From the NCBI GenBank assembly GCA_951406725.2, contig OX597815.1, positions 27,962,001 to 28,026,000 of the forward strand: a stretch of 64,000 bases of DNA, given 5' to 3'. The notes beneath the pieces were generated by a model that ran no database searches, was not told the DNA's origin, and saw nothing but the letters and a program-made list of their open reading frames with translations. The number at the start of each line of letters is the position of its first letter. The first letter of the stretch is position 1. A program made the position numbers and the translations under genes. Positions 30,051 to 43,569 of this stretch are shown piece after piece. Origin of the DNA: Octopus vulgaris (lineage: Eukaryota).

Positions 30051-31363
30051 GAGGATAAGTAAAATTGTAGCAACATTAATGATGATACCACAGTTTATGT
30101 GCTGAAACAAATAATATATATATTGGCTATTGACTTCCAGCTGTACCATCATCTTGCGGGCTCCAAAAGGCTAACAGGAATCTCCTGAAATGTAAACATG
30201 GCCTGAAAATCTCTGTTCTGGAGTTAAGGATGTTTCCTGGTTTGAGGGAACCCTTTAGGATTCTTGCCCATTCCCCTATGCATAATATGCATTATTTTGT
30301 CCTGTAGATGTAGGTGCCTGGGTTCTCAAGGACTTTCCATGAGATCTAGTATGGAATCCCATCATCTCTCATTTGCCATACATGGCTGGCTAATGTCAAT
30401 AGCCGGTAGCCAAGGGAGATAATCTCTGTTGTTACCTTTGAGTAGTGAGGCATTTCCTTAAGAGGCCTTGGGCCAACAGGTTTTGGGATATGATGATACA
30501 CCATAAAGCTAAACCCTTTATATATACATTCATATACACACATGTATATAAATATACATACACACACATACACACATATCTACGTACATACAACATCTGT
30601 ATTCCATGCTGGTATGGGGTAGACAGTTTGAAAGGATTTATCAAGCCAGAGGACTATACTGCACATCAATATTTCCTTTGCCATGGTTTCTATGGCTGGA
30701 TGCTATTCCTAATGCCAGCCACTTTGCAGTGTGTACAGGGTGCTTTTCTCATGGTACTAGCACTAGTGAAATCATCAAGTAATTCACATGACAAAGCGGA
30801 GATGTAGTATATAGAGATATGAATTTGTGCTAGTTGTTGAGAGGCTAAAGTATGACAGAGTAACAGAAACAGATGTCTTGCTGTAGAGGAAATATCTGGT
30901 TGCCCTAGCAAGAAAGGCTGAAAGGATAGCGAAGATAGATGTCAGGGTACACCTTCAGGGTACAAGATGAATAAATAAAGAATAGGGACAGAAAACCAAG
31001 GATGGTTGGGTGGGTATCTTCCTCACAATGTAAAAGAAGAGTGACAGATGCAATTCCAGAGGAGATGGCATCTTTGTAGGAAGGACTGGAAAAGTTTGTC
31101 TTGAAGAGGTCTTGAAGGTCAGATACAGTATGGGTGATATGAGGAGTAAAGAATGAGTTTGTCAAGTGGGCGTCAGTATTTTATTTAGTTATATCATTTT
31201 ACTTACTATTATATATATTTTATGATATCCTGATTTGAAACTAAAAAAACTTGATGTAAGGTGGCAAGAATGTCCAAAACTGGGAGAGAGTGAATAATGT
31301 CAACAAAATATAAAGAAAAATGATGCACAAAATATAAGGAACTAAACTGAATAAAATAATATC

Positions 31364-31431
<68 letters not shown>

Positions 31432-31588
31432 CACACACAACAGATGGTTGACTATCAACAGTGGAAGCTTGGTGTTATCCATGTGGGCTACGAGGTCTAC
31501 ATATATAGATCTGGTGAAGCAAGATAAGGCAAGCAACAATTACACACATGAATGGTAAATCAACTAACAGACTGCGTGCAGCAGCTCA

Positions 31589-31744
31589 TCATATCAACAT
31601 ATTAACATGCACCGCAGCAGAAATAGCGGTAACAGCAGCAGCAGTAGCAGCAGAAATAGATGCTGCATTAATGACATCCTTACTTTTCTCCCATTTGCCT
31701 TTAGCCTGATTTTCAGAAAAATTGCACGGGATAAGGGAGAAAAC
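31589..31744 (-). CDS. slo: Candidate alternative Slo1 terminal exon
   Basis: Good acceptor tgtctttgactttgtttgccag, phase 0. VFSLIPCNFSENQAKGKWEKSKDVINAASISAATAAAVTAISAAVHVNMLI*; the start is paralogous to VFCLQPFNILE. Possible internal donor A|gtaagg after 31684. Confidence 0.7.
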   Translation of the reverse strand, partial: VFSLIPCNFSENQAKGKWEKSKDVINAASISAATAAAVTAISAAVHVNMLI

Positions 31745-31846
31745 CTGGCAAACAAAGTCAAAGACAATTTCAAATAGAAATAAATATATACAGCATAAAC
31801 ATTTTTAGAAAATATGTACAGATTTAGAGAAGAAAATCATAATTAC

Positions 31847-31847
<1 letters not shown>

Positions 31848-31896
<49 letters not shown>

Positions 31897-31907
31897 TAAT
31901 AATGATG

Positions 31908-31953
<46 letters not shown>

Positions 31954-31964
31954 TAATAATGATG

Positions 31965-32025
<61 letters not shown>
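31848..32025. repeat. (AAT)n microsatellite
   Basis: Direct reading; similar tracts at 2470-2516 and 52010-52200. Confidence 0.95.
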
Positions 32026-32026
<1 letters not shown>

Positions 32027-32158
32027 TTAAAAAAAAAATGAACGAACTATTGAGTTTAGTTTAATGGCCTACCAATGTATACTATGAGTTTCTTTGCCCT
32101 AGGAGTCGGGAAGACACTCGGCAAGAAATGGAAGCAAATTTGAAAGAAGAAAAAAAAA

Positions 32159-32193
<35 letters not shown>

Positions 32194-32596
32194 CATATTA
32201 AAAGTAACCTTCCATTTAAAAACAAATGAGGCAGCAAACAAAAGTGGTAAAAGATTTGATTTGATATTTTTCTTTTCTGTTCTAAAGAATGAAAGATATC
32301 AGAGAAAGATTAATACAATTAAAGATAAATTTATGATGTATAATAGTCTGTTGTTGACAGCTGTAGACACAAGAAAAAAAAAAAAACAGTTATAAACAAT
32401 GGGTGAATAGATTAACAAAACTTGGCTCTTGAGTTTGTCGCTTCGCAGATATTGTAGACAAGGCACTTAACTCTGTACCTCAGCAAAACATATACATTGT
32501 TGCAACTGAAAAAGTGAATGCATGTATGTACACCATCCAGAAGTGAGTTCTGTTTGTGTCTATGTTAATGAAACATAAAATCTAACTGTTGATGTA

Positions 32597-33163
32597 CACT
32601 ACCGTCAGAAATTAATTAGCACCCTTGATTTGCTCACCATGAAGCATGGTGGGGGTGGTCTGATGGTGTGAGGGGCGTTCAGCTACAGTGGTGTTGGGCG
32701 GCTCTATGCCGTCGAAGGCAACATCAACGCAGCAAAGTACGTTGAGATAGTACGGGATACCTCTTTGGTGGCGAGGAGTACGTGCTGGCCAGTCACCTGA
32801 CCTGAACCCTATTGAGAACCTCTGGAGTCGATTGGGTAGGGATTTGAATGCGCAGCAATACAGGAACCGACACGAGCTGTTTGGGGCACTTCTTGCTGCA
32901 TGAGGGGCCATCCCTGCACAGTACCTGCAGGCACTCATAGACAGCATGCCGACCCGCGTAGCAGCTGTCATTGCTGCCAAAGGAGGAGCAACAAGATATT
33001 GACTAAATTTCACGATTAATAACAATTATGTGGTGTGCTGGGATATGTTTTAATACATTTTTGATTAAAAACGAGTTCGTTTCTGATAATAAGTTAATTA
33101 AATTAAGAAAATGTAAGAAAATGTAGAAATTTGAGAAGTGCTAATTAATTTCCGACGCAAGTG
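32597..33163 (+). mobile_element. Internally deleted Tc1-like element
   Basis: 26-bp TIRs (cactaccgtcagaaattaattagcac / gtgctaattaatttccgacgcaagtg), TA on both sides, and transposase motifs KHGGGGLMV*GAFS and SPDLNPIENLW. Confidence 0.9.
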
Positions 33164-36100
33164 TAGTTGTTATTTAGAGTAGAAGAGTAGATGGGAGAAT
33201 TAAGTTAGTATTTTATAGTATGCTGCAACATTTTTGACAGCATATGATAACGATGATTATGATTATTTCTAATATAGGAACGCGACCAATAATTTGAGGA
33301 GGGATTAGTTAATAATATTAAATCAGTTCATAAATGATACTTTATTTAACAAGGCAAAGCTGACCTCGGCGAGATTTGTACTTTGATGTATGATGACATG
33401 ACTAAAGCATTTTGCCTGATCTCTAATGCTTCTACCAAACCAATGTTGCTTATAATATAATATTATTCAAACTCAGAAGGAATGCAACTAAACATCACAA
33501 ATCTAAAACAGTCACTGACTACAGACTGTTGCATATATCATGTAATACTGCATGAAACAACCCGTAGCAAATAATTATTGTCTTACATGTGGATTGTGTT
33601 ACACACTGACAGAAAATTAAAGATATTTTAAAATGTACTTTATACTGAGACTATATGCTTACACTTTTTATTTTCATCTGAATAGAATGATGAAGTGAAA
33701 TATTAAAAGTACTAAAATAATAAGAAATTGATTTTAAAATCACGTGAAATTTAGAAAATAAGTATACAATATTAAATACTTTTGCAATAGAAACATTTTC
33801 CTAATCTCAATTTAAGACTGATCCAGAAGACTAGAGACAAAATTCTGAACTAACATCCGAGAAAAGCAAATAATTTGACCAAAGTTGGTAAGAAAAAGAA
33901 AACTTGTTGACTTTGCTAGTTCTCTAAATTGGTATTTTAGACTTCTCAAATTTAGAGATTGTCTTTGAAGTATTAATTTACAGTGCAGTTTTCTCAGCCT
34001 CAAACTCTGGACAGAGATAATGTATTAGAAATTACATTTTTCAAAAGTATACTCTTAGATTATAAATGAAAGATGTCTTATATCATCCTTAGAAGAGTAA
34101 GCAATCAGTTCTGTGCAAACTGATCATATACATTAATGTAAAATGGCATCCATGCACTTTCATTTAAAACAATATTTAAAAAAAAGATGCACAATGAATA
34201 TTTATGCTCTCTGGGTTCTCTACTCAATAGTTAGCATCAAATGGATCTAAATCTCGAGTTATCAATAACCATATTATGCTTTTCATTCTAAGCTTAGCTA
34301 AAATATTGTATAATATTTCTTTCCAAAGACAATTCGCCTTCTGGCTTATCATATCAAATAAAAATAAACTCCAACTTTTCAAACATTGCATTTACCTCAT
34401 CAGTTTAACAAATGTTTGTAATTCTTCATGTATTGGACAGTCAATACTCCTATGCACAGACATAATAGAAATTAAAAAAAAAAAAAAGATAAACTGAAGC
34501 AAGTAGAGTTTTCTAAAGGCACAAGTGAATATCAATTAACTAAAATCTAGAATCTAAAGAAATTCGTGATGGTTTATGTTGGAAACAATTAGTCTAAAAG
34601 AGAGTTTCTAGAAACATTTGATGAGTTCAATTACTGTGAGGAATGAAGAATGTAATGTTTTGGGCCCTTGTCCTTTGTACAATAACAACTGTAGGACTTT
34701 AGTCAGTAGTACAGCGGCATAAACTACAGTCAAATTGCACTCTGGATAACTCATCACTACCATATTAAAATATGCAGTTGGTTTTCAGTTAGGTGCATGA
34801 ACGATAAACTGAAACAACATATCAATAGGTCAACTTAGTTGTTTGACTAACTACTTGCATACTATATGCCATTGGTTTTGCTCAATCAGAGTTGACATGG
34901 GTCTACGTAATTTGGTCACTGATGATTAGTGTCAACTTACCCATCATTCAACAGTGACTTTCCTATCTTATTTTCAAGTACAATATTTTAGAAATGATTT
35001 CTGTAATATATTTGTTTTCGGTTAAAATCAGTGACGATCGATTTGATAAGAGGTAGGCTTGGCTTCTATTGCAACAGCAGCAATTTTATCACTACAGCTG
35101 ATATCTCTCTATGATACTGACCTCTTTAAAAAACAGCATACTTACCAACAGTTTAAGATATCACAACTCATTCAGTTGAAAAATACTTTTGAGTTAACAA
35201 GAAAAATAAAAGCTTGAATGTCAAGAAAATGATACAGTATAAAATCTTATTTTTCATTGTTCTTAACAGTCTACTTGGAAAGAAGCCATGCAATAAAATA
35301 GTTGATTCACTGAAGGACATGAAAAGAATTAAAATAAAATGCAACTAGAGCTGTAAATAAAGAAAACATAAGGAAAAATCCTTAATAAAAATGCATTCCA
35401 GTTAAGAATGAAAGTTTGGGAGAGGCTATCACTTTCATGTATGTAATCTAGAGATTCCAATGCTTGTTTATGTGTTTATATGTGTTTGTGTATATAAGAC
35501 ACTCTCTTATATATTGTGGCTTATTCAATCTGGAAACAGACATATTACTGTGTTCATGTATTAAATTTTAGTTTGCAAAAGTTGATACAAGAATATATGA
35601 CATTTTAGGTTGAAACTTAACCTAGAGCAGAGTTATTTTACCAATTACATTTCTATATTTCTTTCATATTAGCCTCATGATATTTTTGTTTTTATTTCCA
35701 TTATATTTTGATTGACAGGTTCTGATTTTTTTTCCAGGTAACAAACATTTACATATATATATTGCTTAAGGCTAAAGTTGAACTTATTGTTACTCACAGC
35801 AATATTTTCTGTGAATCTAATTCCTATTAGGATAAAAATTTGAAAGTTGAATTGTAATTCAATGATATGAGTATGTATTAAAATATGTTACTTGAAGATT
35901 AAGTATATACCATATAAATAGTTCATATATAACAGTATAACAGATGGAGTTAATAGTGTGTAATCAAACATTAATAATTATATTTAAAAATCAAAAACAA
36001 AGCCATACATGTTAATAGAATTCATATATCTATAGTTTATTTAGTATATCTGTATTATTATAATTCAAGATTAACACTGACTGATACAGATATGTGGGGT

Positions 36101-36828
36101 TAAAGTGATAGACCAGTTGACAGCATTATTAAAGTTTTGTCTAGACTGCTTTTTTTAACTGTTCCTTTGTAGTAAGAAATATATATAAAATTGTTTAGAT
36201 ATCTCTCTCAACTGATATCTGTTATTTCATAATTGGCTAATGAAAACTTGGAAGGATGTCTAGTTATAAAACACATGTTCTAAATTTTCAAAAGTCATCT
36301 TGTAGAGAAACTTTTCTTGAATATTCACATGTTCATTGACATTGAATTAATTTTACTTTCATTTCTTGATTTTAATAACAAGTGTTGGTTTGAAGTAGAT
36401 CCCTGCCCAAAATGTTGAACAGAAATCCATTATTAACAGCTTTTTCCCAATGCAACACATCACTACTTTCTTCAGACTCAAGCTTTTGACTGCATATGCT
36501 GACAATGGTGTCTTTACACCGTTTTACCTAAAGCGAGAATTTTTTTCTCTGAGATAAACTGTAGTGAAGTTGCCTGTACCAGTTGAAATATGTCCCCAAA
36601 ATATTTGAACTGATCTAAGGTTTGTATATATATTATATATATATATGTATGTATGTAAATATGTATAATGAACTATATGCCTTTAGCAGTTGAAATATAT
36701 GCCAAATATATTTCAACTAACCTAAATTATGATTATACGTAAACACTGATTTTTCTTGATCAAGTGATCTAGCGCAAACTGGTCAATGTGTTGGCTGAAT
36801 TATACATAAAGCTATAAGCTTTATTTTG

Positions 36829-38476
36829 TTCATTCAGAGTTGCCCTCTTCATTACATCGTTTGCTGCTGGAATCTTTGCTAGCGTGAGTCTTATTTTTCT
36901 GTTGGTGATTTTTGTTAATTATTATACTATTTTGTGGATTCCTGTGTGAATTGAACGTTCAACGTCGTTATGTGGCGTTTTCACCCTACGGGGTGGAAAA
37001 TTGTTAATTAATTATTGTGAACTTTGCCCGGTACAGGGTGAAATATTTTTTTCTATTTTTGTCATTTATGACAGAATGTGTGTGCTATTTTTACATCGTT
37101 GTCTGTAAAAACGATATTGTGTTTAAAAAAAAATAGAATTTGATTTAAAATCAAATAAGCATTTCCTCTCAATGCAGGAAAGTGTTGAAGCAAACTCAGT
37201 TTTTCACTGGCCATTGGAGGCAACTTTATAGAAATGAATGTATCAAAGGATCAACTGTTTAAGTTCAGAAATCTAATAAAGAAGACGGGAAGTGACACTA
37301 GACTCTTGTCACCACAAGAGACCATACAAAGCCTGGCATCTAAAACGGTGATCTATAAAATTTACAGCAAAAAGGAAAAGAAAATAATGCCTACAAAAAA
37401 AATGAAATAGTGGAAAAGTGTCTGGTACCCATATGAGACAAAATTGTGTACATAGGAAAAGAAGAAGCACTACATTGGGGGTGCATTTTAAAGATGCCGA
37501 AATGGCAAAGCAGATATCAACTCAAACATTAGAGAACAATGAAATAATCCTCCTTCCGACATATTTAGGAAGGAGGACAACAAAAATTACGATAGAGGAG
37601 ATACCAACCAGGTATGGGGCGTCATGGTTGGCTGTACGGTTATCTATGATGCCAAAGAGGAAATAACTATACTACAAATGAGAAGGAAGGAGGCCATTAA
37701 TTGGAAAGGTCAAACCCTGGAAATTGTCATACAGGCCCCAAATGAGGTTCTGGAATCAAGGCTAGATTGAATCTTTATAGAGGAGGGACTAAGTGCTCAT
37801 GTTTCAGAGACTGAGGTGTTTTAAGTGTGGCAAGAAGGGACATGTAAGGTCAGACTGCGAAAAGGTAAAAAAGTCAAAAAAGGTAGATGTCCCTCCCCTA
37901 AAAGAAAAAGGTACGGAAACCAACAAGGAGGAGGAGAAAAAAAACTGGGAAAACCGGAGAAAGAGACAAACAAAGAAGAGGCAAATAAATCACAGAAAAC
38001 AAAAGATGGCAATAAAGGAAGTCAACAAGACAAAACGGGAGAGATGGATTACACAGTTGTGACACATAAAAGAAAAAAATCCCCAGCCCCTGACTCCCCT
38101 CCCATAACAAAGAAAACAGCAATTACACACGCAGGCACACGAGAAAAAATTCCCCAGTCCACTCCTAAATCAAAACCCTATCCCCAATCAAAAGAGAGAT
38201 ACATAAAGTACAATAAAAAAACCAAGTCATGGCTAGGGTTTTTGGAGGACACTGCAGGTGTTCATATATAAGTGGGTACAAGACATGCCAGCCCATATTA
38301 GGCTGGCAAAAGTTATAGACGATGAACTGTACGAATCATGTAAAAAAAGGTATCCCAATGATTTGCTGGACGTGACTAAAGAAGTGGTCCAGAAAATACT
38401 AGAAGTTGCACCCCAGAGAGAAAATGAGGGAGCGACTGCCAAAATTAGTGCAGCCCCTCCCCAAAACGTAAAAATG
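36829..38476 (+). mobile_element. Degenerate gag/ORF1-like retroelement (CCHC zinc knuckle), no RT
   Basis: Frameshifted ORF fragments from 37418 to 38479 include CFKCGKKGHVRSDC (CX2CX4HX4C) and a K/E-rich tail. Flanked by TAAGCT(T)TATTTTG at 36815-36828 and 38477-38489. Confidence 0.65.
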
Positions 38477-39872
38477 TAAGCTTATTTTGCTGTTCTCAAT
38501 TCTTCCATGGAGATTAAAGCAGAGTGTATAAATGCACGTGGTTACCGAATAATTGTCATATATTACATTTACAGATAAATTCCTCTATTTACATAATATC
38601 GAGGTCTCTTTCATTCTTTTGTTGTCTTACCATATATATATATGATATGGGCTTCTGCTCATGGATTATTAATGGCCTGTTGGAGATAAATTTGCAATTT
38701 CATGAATTTCTTTGTAACATGTGGTGCTATGTTACTTTAAATAATGAATATTTTCATTGCAATTTGTTTGTTTCAGTCAATTTTAGATAATATATAGGTT
38801 TTTAGTTGAAAATATTAGTTTCAATAATTAAAGTGAATTTTTAATAGTTGGTTTACAATTAGACTGTTTTAATTGTTTTCATGTTTTAAATATGCATTTT
38901 CATAAAGATTTGGATGTTTTAGCAAGTTTTATATTATATTATTTATATGTTTTTAGATGAAATATTTAATTGATATTGATTTATGCTGGTTTATTCCTAT
39001 GTCACATTGCTTTAAGATGACTGAAGCCAGATAGTTCAAGTGATTTATTATTCTGCTAGTTTACGTTTGGTTTATTTTAATTATGGTTTTGTGTTTGTAA
39101 TGTATGTTATATACCACAAAGAAACAATAAGTATTGGTCTATGTTCTTTGGTAAATTTATATGTTTGAAGTTCTAGTCTTGTTATTCCTTAGGTTATTAT
39201 TATTTTCTGCTTTATGTTTTGGTAAAATATTTTTGACTAGATTAAAATTTTTTTTATTCAGTATGCTTAGTACACTAGTGTATTTTAAGTTCTATAATCC
39301 CAGAGGTAGCAATATTCTTTTGAAGATATTTTGCATGGTCACAGTCAAATGAATGAAACAAATAAGAGAATAGAAATGAATAAAGAATATTTAATTTCTG
39401 TGCTTTGTAGCTATAGGTATAAAACGATTTATGCCTGAGATTTGATGTTTGATTTAGTAATAATAAAACAAAATGGAGATATAATGGACATATTACACTA
39501 ATGTTGTTCTTTTTTCCTCTTGTCTGTTAATTCTTAGTCATAATTTAAGCTTTTAAATGTTGTTGACATTGCTGAATTGAATGGTGCTGCCCAGGTGTCA
39601 AAACCATAATGATATCCATTAGGCAGCTGAAGCTTGTTGCCTGTGAATCTTTTACATCTTGTATTCTCATTGTTCTAAGTTGTCTTTCATTCTCATGGGA
39701 CTGAAGTTGTTAAAAAGTTCTTGCTTTCTTAGTTTATGGTGGTAGTGTTGCTTATATTATACCATAATACTCCACACGACTGTCCTTCATTGGGATTCTA
39801 ATCATGGCTAAGGTAATATTTATTTAAGGGTTTCTAGTTTATGGAGATTTTGATGCCCATATATATACTCAT

Positions 39873-40166
39873 GTGGAGGCGCAATGGCCTAGTGGTTAGG
39901 GCAGTGGACTCACGGTCGCAGGATCGCGGTTTCGATTCCCAGATCGGGCGTTGTGAGTGTTTATTGTGAGCGAAAACACCTAAAAGCACCACGAGGCTCC
40001 GGCAGGTGGTGGTGATCCCTGCTGTACTCTTTCATCACTCTTTCTTCTGTTGGCCTGCTCACTTAGCCAGCGGGGTGGCATCATTTGAAGGCTAAAACAA
40101 TGCGAACACATTGTGACCAGCGATGTGTAACAACATCTGATGGTCTGGTCGGTCCCGTGATCCGTG
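39873..40166 (+). mobile_element. tRNA-derived SINE with 12-bp TSD
   Basis: A-box tggcctagtggttagg and B-box ggtttcgattccc; TSD ATATATACTCAT at 39861-39872 and 40167-40178. Confidence 0.9.
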
Positions 40167-40244
40167 ATATATACTCATATATATGCATGTGTGTGTGTGT
40201 GTGTAGCATATATGTATTTATATTTTAGGCTTATGTGTCTGTAT

Positions 40245-40284
<40 letters not shown>

Positions 40285-40730
40285 TCATACATACAAACAT
40301 ATATGTGTGTGTACAAATATGTATGTATGTAAATGATATAAAAATGAACAAGGAAAAATAATTCAGAGTTGCCAGTGGTATGTTTTGAATAACAAAATGA
40401 ATAGGGGTATACTATATACAAGATAAATTCTTCAACTATCTGAATTTATCTTTGCTTCTAAAGATAAAACAACCATTTGGTGGCAATTGAGATCAACTCC
40501 ATTTGAGAAGAGGATATGGTCTCAAGAATAAAGAATTTTCTAAAATTAAGATGCCATTAAGGAAAAGACAGTCTGGTTGACAAGAGAGAAGACAGTTGTG
40601 GATGTGTTTTGCCTCAACAAAGATTCTCTTCCCTTCATATTTGGAATTAACCCCACTTTCCAGCAAGTGACTACTCCATCTTTGCTGAAAGCAGAGACAA
40701 ATTTAAATGCTATATAGTATAGTATAGTAT

Positions 40731-40960
40731 AAGGCGAGCTGGCAGAAACGTTAGCACGCCGGGCGAAATGTGTAGCTGTATTTCGCCTGGCATTATGTTC
40801 TGAGTTCAAATTCCACCAAGGTCAACTTTACCTTTCATCCTTTCGGGGTCGATAAATTAAGTACCAGTTACACACTGGGGTTGATGTAATCGACTTAATC
40901 CGTTTGTCTGTCCTTGTTTGTCCCCTCTATGTTTAGCCCCTTGTGGGTAATAAAGAAATA
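40731..40960 (+). mobile_element. tRNA-derived SINE, same family as the 1230-2470 cluster
   Basis: A-box-like ctggcagaaacgttag, B-box gagttcaaattcc, core cctttcatcctttcggggtcgataaattaagtaccag. Confidence 0.8.
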
Positions 40961-42372
40961 ACTATATAGTAAAGTTTTTAATATGCCTTTATTTATATAT
41001 ATATATATGTGTGAGTGAGTGTGTGTGTGTGTGTCTGTGCATGCCTGTATGTGTATATCTCTATGTGTGTGTGTATATGTGTATGAGTGCAGTTCTTATA
41101 TACATGTTACAGTAGAGAAAAGCATTATATTGCTCAGTATTTTTAAACAAGTGAACGGGTTTTCTTGAAATTTTGGAAGCCTTTTGCACCAACAGACTAA
41201 ATAGGTGGACAGTGACATTGAAATCTGCCTGCTGGTTTGTAATCCTGATGATTCTACCCCAGATTTAATGTGGTCATGCCTTTCACCAGCTCTTAACAAA
41301 ACACAAGCTCCCCTATGATATCCGAAATATAAATGGTTAAGAGAGGGTGATCCCACCCTCTCTGAGTCATTCACACTCCTTTCTCAGAAACTAAGTGTTA
41401 TACACCCATTCTCCTTCAAATAATAATCCTATTTTTTGTTTCTAAGTTTTATTGATATTAAATTATTTTCAAATAATTTGTCATCTACTGAATCTAAGGG
41501 GAGCAACTTGTTAGCTTAAAAGTAAATTACCTGTTCGTGGATGAGGTTGCACATAACAAGAAGCAAATACTTTCAATACAGCCACTTAAAAGATGATATG
41601 AATGTATTCTGGTTTTTCAAGAATAGCTCTCTCAGGGATATCATATAACCAAATGAAACATTACCAGGCTTGAGTAAAATATATTACTATATGTAAGTCA
41701 TATACACCATTCTACTGTGTATAGAGTTCTCTCTCCTTGTCTCAAGCAATTCTGTTACAGTACATACTCAGATGCACACACAAGAATATTTAAATTTGCT
41801 TCCTATCTTAGCATTCAGAAAAAAAAAAAAATCAAAAAACAAAAAAAAAATATGCAAAGAAAAAAGGAAAAAAATTAATAATAAAAAAAGGTAGCAAAAT
41901 TGCACACACACACACCACACCACACACAAACACTTGCACTATGAAGTACAAGTGTGAAAGTAAAAGTTAGAGGAGGCAGAAAGAGTTAGTGGCTTCTGTT
42001 TCAATTACATAGTTATCCCCTTTGTAGCTGCTCCCCTCTCATTGTTTCATTGAGCATTTCTCTCTCACCCCTCTCCCTCTCATGTAGAGATATATGTGTT
42101 TATGTGAGGAGGTGTGGTTCATAGCCAAATACACATACACACACATGAATGATGAACATGCTGCTATATGAAATAGTATTGATGTATTATTTAATAACAA
42201 TCATACAAACAAATGATTTCGCATCATATTTCACATAAGATTTGCACATTTAAGATCTGAGGATGACTACACCTAAAATAACTTTGGATGAAGCGAGTTC
42301 TGCACATAATACCTTTGATGAAAGGGAATAGGAAAATTAACATTTTTTTAGGAAAATGTATTTTAATTATTA

Positions 42373-42679
42373 CTAGCAGTATCGCCTGGCGTTGCTCAGG
42401 TTTGTAAGGGAAATAACTATATAAGCATTTTTAGAGAGTTACTTCCCTTATATAACCCGAGCAAAAATCATTAAAAATGCGGAAAAATGATGGTAAATTT
42501 TTTTTTAAATCGTAGACTCATTCTAGACGCACGCTAATACCCAGAAGGGCTCAATATGAATGACGACTATAAGATACCCGCTTTTGGTTAAACTGCACTG
42601 CAAAATGTGGGAGTAGTTAGGAATCTAAATCGGAGGAGACAGAGTCTCACACACACAACTTCAATTTTATATATAAAGA
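42373..42679 (-). mobile_element. Non-autonomous Helitron
   Basis: Minus strand runs 5' TC(TTTATATATAAAA) to a hairpin CCTGAGCAACGCCAGG and a CTAG 3' end, inserted between A and T with no TSD. Confidence 0.75.
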
Positions 42680-42914
42680 TGTGTTAACAGTGTAACTCAG
42701 TTGATACTTGAAGAGTTATATTCCTGATGAGAGAGAGAGAATGAAAATGGAGGGGGACAATTAAAAGAAAGAGGAGAAATAAAAAAGGAGGGAGAGAGGA
42801 ATGAACGTTCAAAGAGATGATGATGGCATGAAAGAATGAAGTGCATGGGGAGCTGATCAAGAGAAGTCACAGGGAATGAAGAAACACTGGTGTTGACTTG
42901 CCTATGGCAGCTTA

Positions 42915-43170
42915 GACCAGTACTTGAGAATGTACTTCTGTTTGTGTAAACCAGGTGTAATTATCTCGACTTTGCATTTAAGTTTACACTGGTTGTGCAG
43001 GAGAATTTAACTATTCATTACTGCTTTTCTAAGATCAGTCCACATCCTCTACCATTGGAATAAGACTTGTATTTCTCTAATAATCGCCATTGGATACTGT
43101 GTCATAGTTGGGAATCTCCTTCAGAGCCCATATGTGCTTGGCCAGTGTAGTGATGTTCTACTTCTCATAG
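42915..43170 (-). mobile_element. Penelope-like element GIY-YIG endonuclease C-terminal remnant
   Basis: Frameshifted LAKHIWALKE / IQWRLLEKYKSYSNGRGCGLILEK / LNAKS / EIITPGLHKQKYILK resembles the invertebrate PLE endonuclease tail. Confidence 0.6.
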
Positions 43171-43534
43171 CTCCTGAATCACACATCATTCAGGAGCTGC
43201 TTCACGTCTCTCCCTTCTTTTCTGCCTTTTTATGTCGACTTCTGCCCTTGCTTCTTCTCTTGCAGAAGACACAACTCTTTTGTCCATGAGTTACGTCCTC
43301 TGCATTATTAACATGAAATTGATATAAGTATTCTCTCCTATAAAAATGTTAATTTTTTTTTTATTCACTTCATCGAAAGGCTTTGCATGCAGAACTCACT
43401 TCCTCCACACCTGTCATTGCTATGTTTCTTCATAGATCCTAAATGTGTACATTTGTTGAGTCTAAGTCTATCAACTATCTGCAAAACACCTACGTGAAAT
43501 CATTTGTATTACTAAATTTTATACATACATACAT

Positions 43535-43569
<35 letters not shown>

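Noticed and set aside
32612-33025. 137-aa minus-strand ORF
   Set aside because: Antisense shadow of the GC-rich Tc1 transposase fragment.
39873-39950. tRNA-like A/B boxes (also at 15830-15903 and 40731)
   Set aside because: They are SINE heads with bodies (and TSDs at 15653 and 39873) and no full cloverleaf; not tRNA genes.
43200-43337. Acceptor-led K/R-rich frame (REYLYQ…KKGET*)
   Set aside because: Open only in phase 2 with no matching donor, and it adjoins the Penelope-like remnant.
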